From Candidatus Omnitrophota bacterium (GTDB lineage: Bacteria > Omnitrophota > Gorgyraeia > Zapsychrales > Zapsychraceae): a DNA stretch of 64,000 bases. This document shows positions 46,702 to 56,033 of this stretch, piece after piece. The DNA lies in contig JACKFK010000009.1 of assembly GCA_020632515.1 (NCBI GenBank), positions 4,476 through 68,475 of the forward strand. The letters are read 5' to 3'. Each line of letters starts with the position of its first letter. Within the stretch, counting starts at the first letter, position 1. Under the pieces are notes generated by a model. It was not told the DNA's origin. It did not search any database and saw only the letters and a program-made list of their open reading frames with translations. A program made the translations under genes and the position numbers.

Positions 46702-46730
46702 TTGACAATTTGGTGAATTTATATTATTAT
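46702..46730 (+). promoter_or_regulatory. Putative sigma70-type promoter
   Basis: TTGACA (46702-46707), a 17-nt spacer and TATTAT (46725-46730), about 95 nt upstream of the barrel gene. Confidence 0.4.
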
Positions 46731-46826
46731 TTTAAAGTTTTATTTGATTAAATATTAAATTTATTTTAACTAAGAGTTTTAAAGTTGTTTTAAATCGTAT
46801 TAACATAATAAAGTGAGGGAGAAAAA

Positions 46827-47684
46827 ATGAAAAAACTAGCAAAACTTTTTGGGGGAGTTTTAGCTTTGGTCATTTTGCCAGCAGGTTTAGTAAGAGCGAA
46901 TATTGTCCATAGTTTAGACTTCGGAACAGAGATTTCACACATCACTTATGAAGAACCCGATGTTATGGAAGAAAAGGGGATTATGTATGGTGTATTTGGT
47001 GTGTATACAATGCGGGAAGACGCGAATGTAAAAGTTCAATCGTTTTCTGATTTTTTTAGCAATTACGTGCATAATCGGATGGCACGGGTGGATGCAAAAT
47101 TCAGCGCTGGTCAAGTAGATTATGAATCAAATGGAACAGGAACGATTGATGATATTGACGATTATATGTTTGAAGTCCGTGGGGTATTAGGCTATGACTT
47201 TATGGTTGGCGCGGAATCTCTAATAACACCCTATTTAGGGGTTGGCTATCGCTATTTAACTGATAAATTAGGCGGTAAGATTTCTACAACAGGACATTTT
47301 GGATATGATCGAGAAACGCATTATTTATATATGCCGTTTGGTTTAGATTTTTTAGTGCCATTAAGAAATAGTTGGAAAGTTGTTTTTAACGCGGAATATG
47401 ATTTGTTTTTAGATGGAACACAAGAAAGTCATTTGGAAGATGTAAGTCCTTCTTTAAATACGTTAGAAAATAATCAGGATAGCGGGTATGGCGTGCGTGG
47501 ATCAATAAAATTTTTAAAGACAAGTGAAGATATTAATTTTTTTATTGAACCATTTATTCGTTATTGGAATATCGATGAATCTGATACAGCAACGATTAGC
47601 TGTGGGGGGACTCCTTGTGCTTTAGGATTTGAACCAAAAAATGAATCCACGGAAGCAGGTGTTAAAATCGGAATTAATTGGTAA
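46827..47684 (+). CDS. Outer-membrane beta-barrel protein (paralog of 40131-41264, without the N-terminal extension)
   Basis: It has a signal peptide and a C-terminal ..AGVKIGINW. Blocks shared with the paralog are YEEPDVMEEKG, GQVDYESNGTG, PYLGVGYRYL and IEPFIRYWNIDESDT. Confidence 0.55.
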   Translation: MKKLAKLFGGVLALVILPAGLVRANIVHSLDFGTEISHITYEEPDVMEEKGIMYGVFGVYTMREDANVKVQSFSDFFSNYVHNRMARVDAKFSAGQVDYESNGTGTIDDIDDYMFEVRGVLGYDFMVGAESLITPYLGVGYRYLTDKLGGKISTTGHFGYDRETHYLYMPFGLDFLVPLRNSWKVVFNAEYDLFLDGTQESHLEDVSPSLNTLENNQDSGYGVRGSIKFLKTSEDINFFIEPFIRYWNIDESDTATISCGGTPCALGFEPKNESTEAGVKIGINW

Positions 47685-47770
47685 ATTAATTATTAAGATC
47701 TACACAACCATTTTAAATTTGGTATATTACTTAATAATTATTTAACTTTAACATTTTTTAGGAGAGAATT

Positions 47771-48475
47771 ATGGGTAAAAAAAGGGTGGCAGTATTTTTT
47801 ATAATTATTTTATTTAGTTTTATTGGATCTGCACACGCTTTTATTACTTTAGATGTTTTTCGTGACGGTTATATTGAGGATTATGAGCCCGGTGGCATAT
47901 TGGATGGTATTCCCGATAGAATACAGGATACGAATGCTCTTTTAGCATCGAATATTATTCTTTCCGATGGAACAGCTATTGATAGTCATGCGATATTGAC
48001 ATTTGATATAAGTTCTTTTGCCGGACAGTCGCTTCAATCGGCAACGTTGTCGGGGTTAGGAACCAGAGTTGATACTAGAGGATCGTTAGATGCAATATCA
48101 GCGAGTGTTTATAGTTATTCTGGCAATGGATTTGTGGAGCTGAACGATTTTACTACATCAGCTGATTTTTTAGGAAGTTTAACTTTTACGCCGAGCGCGC
48201 AGGGATTTAGCCTTTCTCCTTTTCAGATTGATGTCACAAAAGGTGTTAATCCTTTGTTGAATAATTCCAGCCAATTTCTCGAGTTTCGCATTGAATCAGA
48301 AGAATTTACAGCCTTTATTAATTCAGGTGAAATCAGTGGCGAGTCACGAGTCTCTGGTCCACAGTTAATGCTTACTTTTGTTGATTCTCAGGCGGTTGTT
48401 CCTGAACCGGCAAGCTTTTTGCTTTTTAGTAGCGGATTGTTAGGAGCTTTTGGCTTGCGAAAGAAAATTTTTTAA
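47771..48475 (+). CDS. PEP-CTERM-anchored secreted protein
   Basis: It has a signal peptide and a C-terminal VVPEPASFLLFSSGLLGAFGLRKK. The N-terminal domain has a HAILTFDISSFAGQSLQSATL pattern reminiscent of the DNRLRE-like domains at 26460-27867. Confidence 0.75.
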   Translation: MGKKRVAVFFIIILFSFIGSAHAFITLDVFRDGYIEDYEPGGILDGIPDRIQDTNALLASNIILSDGTAIDSHAILTFDISSFAGQSLQSATLSGLGTRVDTRGSLDAISASVYSYSGNGFVELNDFTTSADFLGSLTFTPSAQGFSLSPFQIDVTKGVNPLLNNSSQFLEFRIESEEFTAFINSGEISGESRVSGPQLMLTFVDSQAVVPEPASFLLFSSGLLGAFGLRKKIF

Positions 48476-48501
48476 ATCAGTATTTTTGGAAATATAAAAA
48501 A

Positions 48502-48533
48502 GGACAGATCAAAACAGGATCTGTCCTTTTTTG
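48502..48533 (+). terminator. Intrinsic terminator
   Basis: The hairpin GGACAGATC-AAAACAG-GATCTGTCC is followed by TTTTTT. Confidence 0.75.
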
Positions 48534-48658
48534 TTGTTAATAATTTCTGCTTAGTTCATTGACAATGAAGATCAATCCATGTAAGGTGAAAATAATTAAT
48601 TTATTCTGAATAAAGATAATTAAGCAATATTGTTATCAAGAAAAGGATTGGTGCAATA

Positions 48659-49852
48659 ATGCAAGATACCCGACGGCATGATATGGCGCAATCTTTAAAC
48701 ATTCTTGTTATCGAAGATAGTCCGGTTGACCGTAAACTTTTGGATTCAATGTTAAATGAATCCGGAAAGTTTAGCCAGATAAATATTGTTTCGAGTTTTC
48801 AGGAAGCCTTAGCGCATATTAATAAGAGTGTGTATGATGTTATTTTATTAGATCTTGATCTGCCGGATAGTCGAGGTGAGCAAACCCTCGTTGAATTAAA
48901 TCAACAATATCCACTTTTACCGATCGTGGTTAATACCGGCGCCTATGAAGATGATTTAGGTTTGAGGACCTTGGGGATGGGTGCCCAGGATTTTCTTATT
49001 AAAGGAAAGTATAATGCCTATACGCTCAACAAGGCATTGCATTACGCGATTGAACGTAAAAATATGGAAATGCAATTGAAGTTGGCCTATCAACAACTTA
49101 AGGAAACGCAGACACAGCTGATTCAATCGGAAAAATTGAAAATCGTCGGAGGTTTAGCCAGTGGCGTGGCTCATGAAGTTAAAAATCCGCTAGCCACGAT
49201 CCTTTATGGTGTTACTTATTTAGCGGATAATGTAAAAGCTGCGGATAAAAATTATGATAAGGTTCTCAGTAGTATTAAAGAAGCTACCAAGCGTGCGAAT
49301 AGTATCATTACAGATTTGTTAGATTTCTCGAGTATAACAAAATTAGAGAAAAAATCGGTTAAGATTGTTGAGGTTTTAGATAAAGCCTTTGCCTTGGCCC
49401 AGCATGCTTTAGATAAAAAATATGTTGAGGTTTATCAGCATATTGCGGAAAATTTACCGCTGATTGAAATTGATCAGAATCGGATTGAACAGGTCTTAGT
49501 CAATTTGATTCTTAATGCAGCCCACGCCATGGAGGAGAGCGGACAGTTAACCATTAGAATTAATGTCGAGGTTATTAAAGAAACATTGCCTTTTTATAAA
49601 TCTTTAAATGAAGAGTTTTTTCCAAAAGCCACTAAGGCGCTTGTTTTGATGATTGAGGATACTGGTTGTGGTTTGCCGGAAGGGAAGTTAAACACAATTT
49701 TTGATCCTTTTTTTACAACCCGCCGTTCTGCCGGAGGTGTTGGTTTAGGGCTTTCGGTCTGTAAGAATATTATGGATCTTCATCAGGCTGATATTATTTT
49801 AGAAAATAAAGAATCAAAAGGAACGAGAGCAATCCTTGTATTTAAGATTTAA
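48659..49852 (+). CDS. Hybrid receiver-histidine kinase (REC-HisKA-HATPase); alternative start 48683
   Basis: It has REC (ILVIEDSPVD..ILLDLDLPD), the H box (GVAHEVKNPL), the N box (NLILNAAHA) and the G boxes (DTGCGLP, GGVGLGLS). Confidence 0.85.
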   Translation: MQDTRRHDMAQSLNILVIEDSPVDRKLLDSMLNESGKFSQINIVSSFQEALAHINKSVYDVILLDLDLPDSRGEQTLVELNQQYPLLPIVVNTGAYEDDLGLRTLGMGAQDFLIKGKYNAYTLNKALHYAIERKNMEMQLKLAYQQLKETQTQLIQSEKLKIVGGLASGVAHEVKNPLATILYGVTYLADNVKAADKNYDKVLSSIKEATKRANSIITDLLDFSSITKLEKKSVKIVEVLDKAFALAQHALDKKYVEVYQHIAENLPLIEIDQNRIEQVLVNLILNAAHAMEESGQLTIRINVEVIKETLPFYKSLNEEFFPKATKALVLMIEDTGCGLPEGKLNTIFDPFFTTRRSAGGVGLGLSVCKNIMDLHQADIILENKESKGTRAILVFKI

Positions 49853-49865
49853 CAATGGATAGCAT

Positions 49866-50246
49866 ATGGCCAATAAAATTAAGATTTTATTGATTGATGA
49901 TGAAAAAGGTTTTACGGATATGTTATCCCTTAACCTTGAATCAACGGGAAATTTTCATGTTCGAGTAGAAAATAAAGCCGAAAATGCGTTATATACGGCA
50001 AGTTTGTTTCAACCTGATTTGATTGTTCTTGATATCATCATGCCGCGGCGAGACGGGAAAAAGTTGGCGCGGGAGTTTCGTTCTAATGAAGACTTAAAGA
50101 ATGTCCCTATTATCTTCTTAACGGCCACGATTACCAAAGATCAGTTAGATCAAGAAGCAGGGACGATTGAAGGTTGTCCTTTTGTTTCTAAGCCTAGTAA
50201 TTTTTCTGAGTTACTTAAAGCCATTGAAATTAATTTAAAAAAATAG
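49866..50246 (+). CDS. Single-domain response regulator
   Basis: It has ILLIDDEKGF, DLIVLDIIMPRRDG, and LTA followed by K. Confidence 0.8.
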   Translation: MANKIKILLIDDEKGFTDMLSLNLESTGNFHVRVENKAENALYTASLFQPDLIVLDIIMPRRDGKKLAREFRSNEDLKNVPIIFLTATITKDQLDQEAGTIEGCPFVSKPSNFSELLKAIEINLKK

Positions 50247-50321
50247 TATTCACTAGTTAATAGAGGTGATCACTTTGAGTATTTTATTTACACATCAAGG
50301 AATATATTTATAGTAGAAAGG

Positions 50322-50909
50322 GTGAGCATGAAGCAAAAAGTTGTTACTAGTCCATGGATTATAGTTCGTAAATCTAATATTCATAGTAAAGGTGTTTTTG
50401 CCAGAAAAGATATTCCCAAGGGAACAAAGGTGATTGAGTATGTTGGTGAAAGAATTACAAAAGCAGAATCTAATCGGCGCGCAGATATTCCTTTACAAAA
50501 AAATAAGAAAAATCCTGACCATGGTGCTGTATATATTTTTCAGTTAAATAAACGTCATGATATTGATGGATTTGTTCCGTATAATACTGCAAGGTTGATT
50601 AATCATTCTTGTGATCCCAATTGCGAAGCTGATATTATTCGTGGACATATTTGGATTATTGCCTTGAGGGAAATACAAAAAGGTGAAGAAATTACATACA
50701 ATTATAATTATGATATTGATGATTATGAGGATCATCCTTGCCGATGTCAGACAAAGAGGTGTGTTGGATACATTTTAGCGGAAGAATTTTGGGGAAAATT
50801 GAAACGTTGGATTACGCGTAAGGAAAAAAAGATCGTTAAACAAAAAAAGAAATCTGCTAAAGGTTCTGAAAATAAGCCTTCACCCAAGAAAAAAGTCAAT
50901 GTGAGATGA
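50322..50909 (+). CDS. SET-domain protein lysine methyltransferase with a post-SET Cys cluster and a Lys-rich tail
   Basis: It has GVFARKDIPKGTKVIEYVGE, NHSCDPNCEA, GEEITYNYNYD and the post-SET motif CRCQTKRCVG. The tail reads KEKKIVKQKKKSAKGSENKPSPKKKVNVR. Confidence 0.8.
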   Translation: MSMKQKVVTSPWIIVRKSNIHSKGVFARKDIPKGTKVIEYVGERITKAESNRRADIPLQKNKKNPDHGAVYIFQLNKRHDIDGFVPYNTARLINHSCDPNCEADIIRGHIWIIALREIQKGEEITYNYNYDIDDYEDHPCRCQTKRCVGYILAEEFWGKLKRWITRKEKKIVKQKKKSAKGSENKPSPKKKVNVR

Positions 50910-51036
50910 AAGTTGTTGCACTGCAATTATTTGTAATAATTGTGCTTTAGCCTGTCCTATTGATCCTACCAAACTTCAATGATATACTATTACTTTCCAT
51001 TTTCATAAACCTTCTCTAATATAGTAAGGAATCGGT

Positions 51037-54000
51037 ATGGTGAATCAACGCATTCGTTTGAGTATTTCTGTGTTATTCGTGTTTTTATTTTGTTCAATTC
51101 ATTTCGCAAACGCCCAGGGCATATTTAATTCTGTGAATTCAATGCTTGAGCATGGTTTATCAATGGTTGAGCAGGGAAAAATACAAGCAGCTATTGATGA
51201 TTTTAGCCGGGCGCTTTTATTGGAAGATACTAATGAAACGGCTATAGCACAATTAAAGGTCATTTCTCATGAAAATGGCTTAACGGCTGACGAACGTTTG
51301 AAAGTTTATCATTTTTTAGGGCTCACAGCTCAGCTTGAAAATCTTCAAAAACGAATTCAATATTATACTTTAAAAAAATCTGATTTAATTGCTCAATTAA
51401 CGGCTAAAGGACATACTTCTGAGAATCTGGATATTTTATTGGCGGATGTTGAAACAGGGGTTGGTCTTTCCGAGGTTGCAGATATTCCGTTTTTACGACA
51501 TTCAAAAATAAAAGAACAGGATCCGCTGGCGGCTTTGAATGAGAATTTAAATTTCAAGCGGGGTGAGTTGTCAAATCAACTGATTGTTCAAGAAAAACAA
51601 TTCCATTTTTTAAGAGAACTCAATCAGAAAAATATGCCGCAAGAACAAAAGGTTGCTTCGAAACCAACAATAGAGGCTCCAAAGGAAAAGGTAACATCAA
51701 CTGCCACGTCATTCGCAACATTAGAACCTCGTCGGACTTTGCATATCGCTCGGGTATCAGTTGCCAAGGAAGTCAATAATATTGATCAGTTGAAACAACA
51801 GTTAGGTTTGGTTGTAACGGAGGTCGATAGACTGCAGAAGGAAGTCAATCAGCGGAATGCGCAAATTGACACTTTAACGGAACAAGTCGTAAAGCATTCT
51901 TTACAAATGACTGAAAAAGATACATTGCTTTCGAAGAATGAAGGCCTATTAAATGAATTGAAAAACGAATTAAAAGATTATCAAGCCCGTTTAGAATTGG
52001 GGCAACAATTAATGACAGAAAAAGATCGAGCAATTGAACGTTTAGACACATCTTTAAATAATAAATCTGCTGAAATGAAGATGAAGACACAAGAAGCGCA
52101 ATTAGCTGTTTTTGCAAAAGATGTAGATATTGATGATTTAAAGGCCGAATTAGAACTAAAGAAAAAAGAAAATTCAGCAGTTCAAAAAGAGCTTAATGAA
52201 CAGATTAAAGATGTTCGCAATCTTACGAATGAATTGGATCGACTTAAAGGACGGTATGTTAAAACTCAAGAATCTCTTGATAGTAAAAGAGAAGAAATTC
52301 GAAAATTAAAAACGGAATTAGTTCAGGCTAAGGGGCTGCGGTCGGAGAATGAAAAATTGAAATATTTTAATAATAAAAATTCGGTGGAATTAGAAGAGGC
52401 AAGACAACGACTGAATGAATATCGCACGCAAATGTCTGGTTTACAGCAAATGGTTTCTCAAAAGGATAAAGAAATTGCAAAATTAAATCAAAAAACAGGA
52501 CAGTTACAAGACAAATATGAGCAAGAAAAACGTGAGAATTTAAAAAGTAAACAGGAAGTTGCTGCATTAGCGAATAAATTTAAAGAATTACGCAATTGGT
52601 CGACAGAAAAAGTTCGTCTTCAAAAAGTAATCAAGGATAAAGAAAGTGTTGTTAAGACTTTGGAAGAGAGTTTGGAATCTTATCGTGTTGAATTGGCGCA
52701 AACAACACAGAAATTTAAAGATAAAAATAGGGAAATGCGTGATTTGAATCAACGAATGACAAATATGGAGAAGACCTTAAGTCAAAAGGTCAATGAAATT
52801 AGTCTGCAAGATAAAAAGATGACAGAACTGAAGAATAATCTACAGACAGTTAAAGGGAAACAAGATCAGTCGAGTGAGACGAATGATCGCAATGATGATT
52901 TACAAAAAGAATTTTCTAAAATGCAGGATTTATTAAATCAGAAAAATGCGGAGATTGAAGAAAATCATCAAGTTATCGCTAAGTTGGAAAAGGAAGCAAA
53001 GACTATTTCTGTTAAGAATACCGCAACAGAGGCAAAGGATGTTAAGTCGTATGAGAAGAAAATCGGGAATTATATTGAACAAATTCAAGGGCAACAGGAT
53101 CGAATAAAGAAAAAAAGTCAGGAAATTGTTCGGCTAAAGGAACGTATTGATGAACAAAATCATTTGTTAACGCAAAGAAATAAGGATTTAAAAATACAGG
53201 AAAATAAGATTAAACAATTTGAGAAGGGAATTGTAGAGAATAAAAAATTATCAAAAGATGAGAATAGGAACGAAGAGATTAAAGAAGTTAAATTATTGCG
53301 CGAACGGGTAGTTGAGCTCAAGACTGATTTGGAAACTATTAAGGTTGATTTAGAAAAAAGGTCGAATGAGCTTCAATCTCGTAATGAGGAGATAAAATCT
53401 CTTAAACGGATGATTACATTTAATAAGCGCATGACTGAGGATGACTTAGAGTTGAGCAGTGTGGTAGATATGAAGAATAAAGTTATTGAAAAATTAACGC
53501 AAGAAACAGACGATCTTCGTCAAAAAATACGTGACTTTGAAATTGAGCGTAAGGATAGCGAAAAAACACAGCTTGATGTCAAAGATCAGCGGGTAAGTAT
53601 GGAAAAACAGGAACAAGTAATTGCGGAATTAAACGAGAAGCTTCAAAAGAAAATTGTGTTGTTAAAAGAGCAGGAAGAAATTATTCACTCACTTAAGAAG
53701 GATATTGAACAACAAAAAGAAAATATAGGAAATAATGAATATAAAGAAGAATTAAAAGTGAAAGAAAAGCAAATTTTCCGGTTAAATGGGTCTGTAAAGG
53801 AATTGAATAATGAATTAAAACATATGCAAACTCGTCTAGAAGAAAAAGAAAACGGTATAAAACATTTAAATCAGACAATAGAAAATTATAAAAGAAATTT
53901 ATTGTATACAAAGAAACATTTAAATCAGAAATATGCGGATTTAGCCTTAATGAATAAAGAAGTTACAATTTTACAATCTAAATTAAGTGATGATCAATTG

Positions 54001-54534
54001 ATACTTAATAAGAAGAATTCGGAAATTAATGAATTAAAAGGGGCTCTTAGTTTTCTTCAGAAAAAATCAGCCAATTCAAATTCTGGAAATCCGTCTGAGG
54101 CAGGCCGGCTTAATGAAATACATGGGATGTTAGAAATTTATAAAGATAAATTATCTCAAGCAAATATGGAAATCAAACAAAAAGATGTTAGTATATTAAC
54201 ATTAGAAGAGCAGATTCAAAACATTCAAATCCAGTTAGTGTCTCGTGAAGAACGGTTGCGTCGGGCTCAGGATGAATTGATTAATGCCGAGAAAGAGCTT
54301 GATTCCTTGCGTCAAACCATAAATAAGCCGCAAGCGGAGGAGAATAACAAAAGCAATGATCAACAAAGGGAAGTAAAAAGCAAGGTTAAATCTGATTTAA
54401 ATTCTAATTTAACCAACGCACAAGAATTTATTGGACAAGAAATGCGTGAGTTTGAGGAAATGGACAGCTTTTTTGATATTCAAGAATTTAATGATCTTGA
54501 GAATATTTTTAAATTAAAGACAAACACACCTTAG
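51037..54534 (+). CDS. Secreted 1165-aa coiled-coil protein
   Basis: It has a signal peptide (ISVLFVFLFCSIHFANA). It then has about 1000 aa of K/E/Q/L-rich heptad-like sequence. No Walker or ABC motifs are present. Confidence 0.6.
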   Translation: MVNQRIRLSISVLFVFLFCSIHFANAQGIFNSVNSMLEHGLSMVEQGKIQAAIDDFSRALLLEDTNETAIAQLKVISHENGLTADERLKVYHFLGLTAQLENLQKRIQYYTLKKSDLIAQLTAKGHTSENLDILLADVETGVGLSEVADIPFLRHSKIKEQDPLAALNENLNFKRGELSNQLIVQEKQFHFLRELNQKNMPQEQKVASKPTIEAPKEKVTSTATSFATLEPRRTLHIARVSVAKEVNNIDQLKQQLGLVVTEVDRLQKEVNQRNAQIDTLTEQVVKHSLQMTEKDTLLSKNEGLLNELKNELKDYQARLELGQQLMTEKDRAIERLDTSLNNKSAEMKMKTQEAQLAVFAKDVDIDDLKAELELKKKENSAVQKELNEQIKDVRNLTNELDRLKGRYVKTQESLDSKREEIRKLKTELVQAKGLRSENEKLKYFNNKNSVELEEARQRLNEYRTQMSGLQQMVSQKDKEIAKLNQKTGQLQDKYEQEKRENLKSKQEVAALANKFKELRNWSTEKVRLQKVIKDKESVVKTLEESLESYRVELAQTTQKFKDKNREMRDLNQRMTNMEKTLSQKVNEISLQDKKMTELKNNLQTVKGKQDQSSETNDRNDDLQKEFSKMQDLLNQKNAEIEENHQVIAKLEKEAKTISVKNTATEAKDVKSYEKKIGNYIEQIQGQQDRIKKKSQEIVRLKERIDEQNHLLTQRNKDLKIQENKIKQFEKGIVENKKLSKDENRNEEIKEVKLLRERVVELKTDLETIKVDLEKRSNELQSRNEEIKSLKRMITFNKRMTEDDLELSSVVDMKNKVIEKLTQETDDLRQKIRDFEIERKDSEKTQLDVKDQRVSMEKQEQVIAELNEKLQKKIVLLKEQEEIIHSLKKDIEQQKENIGNNEYKEELKVKEKQIFRLNGSVKELNNELKHMQTRLEEKENGIKHLNQTIENYKRNLLYTKKHLNQKYADLALMNKEVTILQSKLSDDQLILNKKNSEINELKGALSFLQKKSANSNSGNPSEAGRLNEIHGMLEIYKDKLSQANMEIKQKDVSILTLEEQIQNIQIQLVSREERLRRAQDELINAEKELDSLRQTINKPQAEENNKSNDQQREVKSKVKSDLNSNLTNAQEFIGQEMREFEEMDSFFDIQEFNDLENIFKLKTNTP

Positions 54535-54540
54535 ATTTTC

Positions 54541-56031
54541 ATGACTAGAAAAGTCATTCTATATAATTTATTTTTCTTTTTTTTCTTCTTTTCTTTTGCC
54601 GGATCTTCTCATGCTGATGTCACAGATGCTGTTGTTAAGATTTTTGTGACATCGAATGCAATGGATTATTATAAGCCATGGCAATCAAAAGGAACCAGTG
54701 CCGGCGGCGGCTCTGGCTGTATTATTAAAGGAAAAAAGATTCTTACCAACGCCCATGTCGTTACGGACCACACCTTTATTCAAGTTAAGAAAAATAATGA
54801 CCCAAAGCGTTATACGGCTCGAGTTGAAGCTATTGGACATGATTGTGATTTAGCTCTTCTAACGGTTGATGATCCAGCTTTTTTTGAAGGAACAGAGGCT
54901 TTGACAGTAGGGTCATTGCCTAAACTTCAGGATACGGTTACTGTTTTAGGATATCCACAAGGAGGAGATAAACTTTCCATTACAGAAGGTGTTGTTTCCC
55001 GAACAGAAATTACCGCATATTCACAGAGCGCGCGTAAATTATTAACGATTCAGATTGATGCTGCTATAAATCCAGGAAATAGCGGTGGACCCGTGGTGCA
55101 AAATGGTAAATTGGTAGGAATCGCGATGCAGGTTTTGCAATCGGGGCAAAATATCGGCTATATGATTCCAACGCCAATTATTGATCATTTTTTTACTGAT
55201 TTAGAAGATTCCCAATATGATGGTTTTCCTGTGATTGGTATTGAATACGCGACAACTGAAAATGTATCAATGCGTCAATATTATGATATCGAAGATATTA
55301 ACGGTGGTGTATTAGTAACAACAGTTCTTCCTTTTTCTCCAGCCAAAGGAAATTTATTAGAAGGGGACGTTATTGTAAAGATTGATGGTACAGCGATAGC
55401 GGAGGACGGAACATTTTTATTTCGTGGAAATGAGCGCATAGCGCTGCCGCATTTAATTACTGATAAACAGGTTAATGAAGATATTCGGTTTTCTATTATT
55501 AGAGCGGGGAAATCCAAAGAAATTAAATTTCCGATGACATCTTTTGCACCGTTGGTTCCCTACGCGCATCAATTTGAAAATCCTCCGTATTACATTTTTG
55601 CTGGTATGGTTTTTACGGTGTTGAGCACGGATTTATTAAAAGTTTGGGGAGGTCAATGGTGGGAAAAGGCCCCATTAAATTTTAATTATTTTCTAATAGG
55701 TCCAGGGCGATTAAATGTTGAACAACGAGAAGAAGTGGTAGTCCTTTTAGAAATTCTTGCTGATGATGTTAACGTTGGATATCAAAGCGACGATAAATCT
55801 ATTATTGAACAAGTCAACGGACAGAAATTTAAATCATTTAAAGAGTTTATCCAGTTGCTCCATGAAGCTCAGCAAAAGGAAGAATACATTATATTTCAAA
55901 CCGAGGGCAATGCGCAGTTGATTTTGCGTAATGAAAATTTGAATAAAATTACGCAGCATATTTTGCAGCGATATAGTATTCCTGCGCAATATTCAGCAGA
56001 TGTTGCTGCCTGGTTAGAAAATAAGGAATAA
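54541..56031 (+). CDS. S1C (Deg/HtrA-like) serine protease with a PDZ-like region
   Basis: It has a signal peptide and the catalytic triad contexts TNAHVV, HDCDLALL and GNSGGP. Confidence 0.8.
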   Translation: MTRKVILYNLFFFFFFFSFAGSSHADVTDAVVKIFVTSNAMDYYKPWQSKGTSAGGGSGCIIKGKKILTNAHVVTDHTFIQVKKNNDPKRYTARVEAIGHDCDLALLTVDDPAFFEGTEALTVGSLPKLQDTVTVLGYPQGGDKLSITEGVVSRTEITAYSQSARKLLTIQIDAAINPGNSGGPVVQNGKLVGIAMQVLQSGQNIGYMIPTPIIDHFFTDLEDSQYDGFPVIGIEYATTENVSMRQYYDIEDINGGVLVTTVLPFSPAKGNLLEGDVIVKIDGTAIAEDGTFLFRGNERIALPHLITDKQVNEDIRFSIIRAGKSKEIKFPMTSFAPLVPYAHQFENPPYYIFAGMVFTVLSTDLLKVWGGQWWEKAPLNFNYFLIGPGRLNVEQREEVVVLLEILADDVNVGYQSDDKSIIEQVNGQKFKSFKEFIQLLHEAQQKEEYIIFQTEGNAQLILRNENLNKITQHILQRYSIPAQYSADVAAWLENKE

Positions 56032-56033
56032 AA

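Noticed and set aside
51037-54534. The giant coiled-coil protein could be an SMC or chromosome-segregation ATPase.
   Set aside because: It has an N-terminal signal peptide and lacks Walker A/B, ABC signature and hinge motifs.
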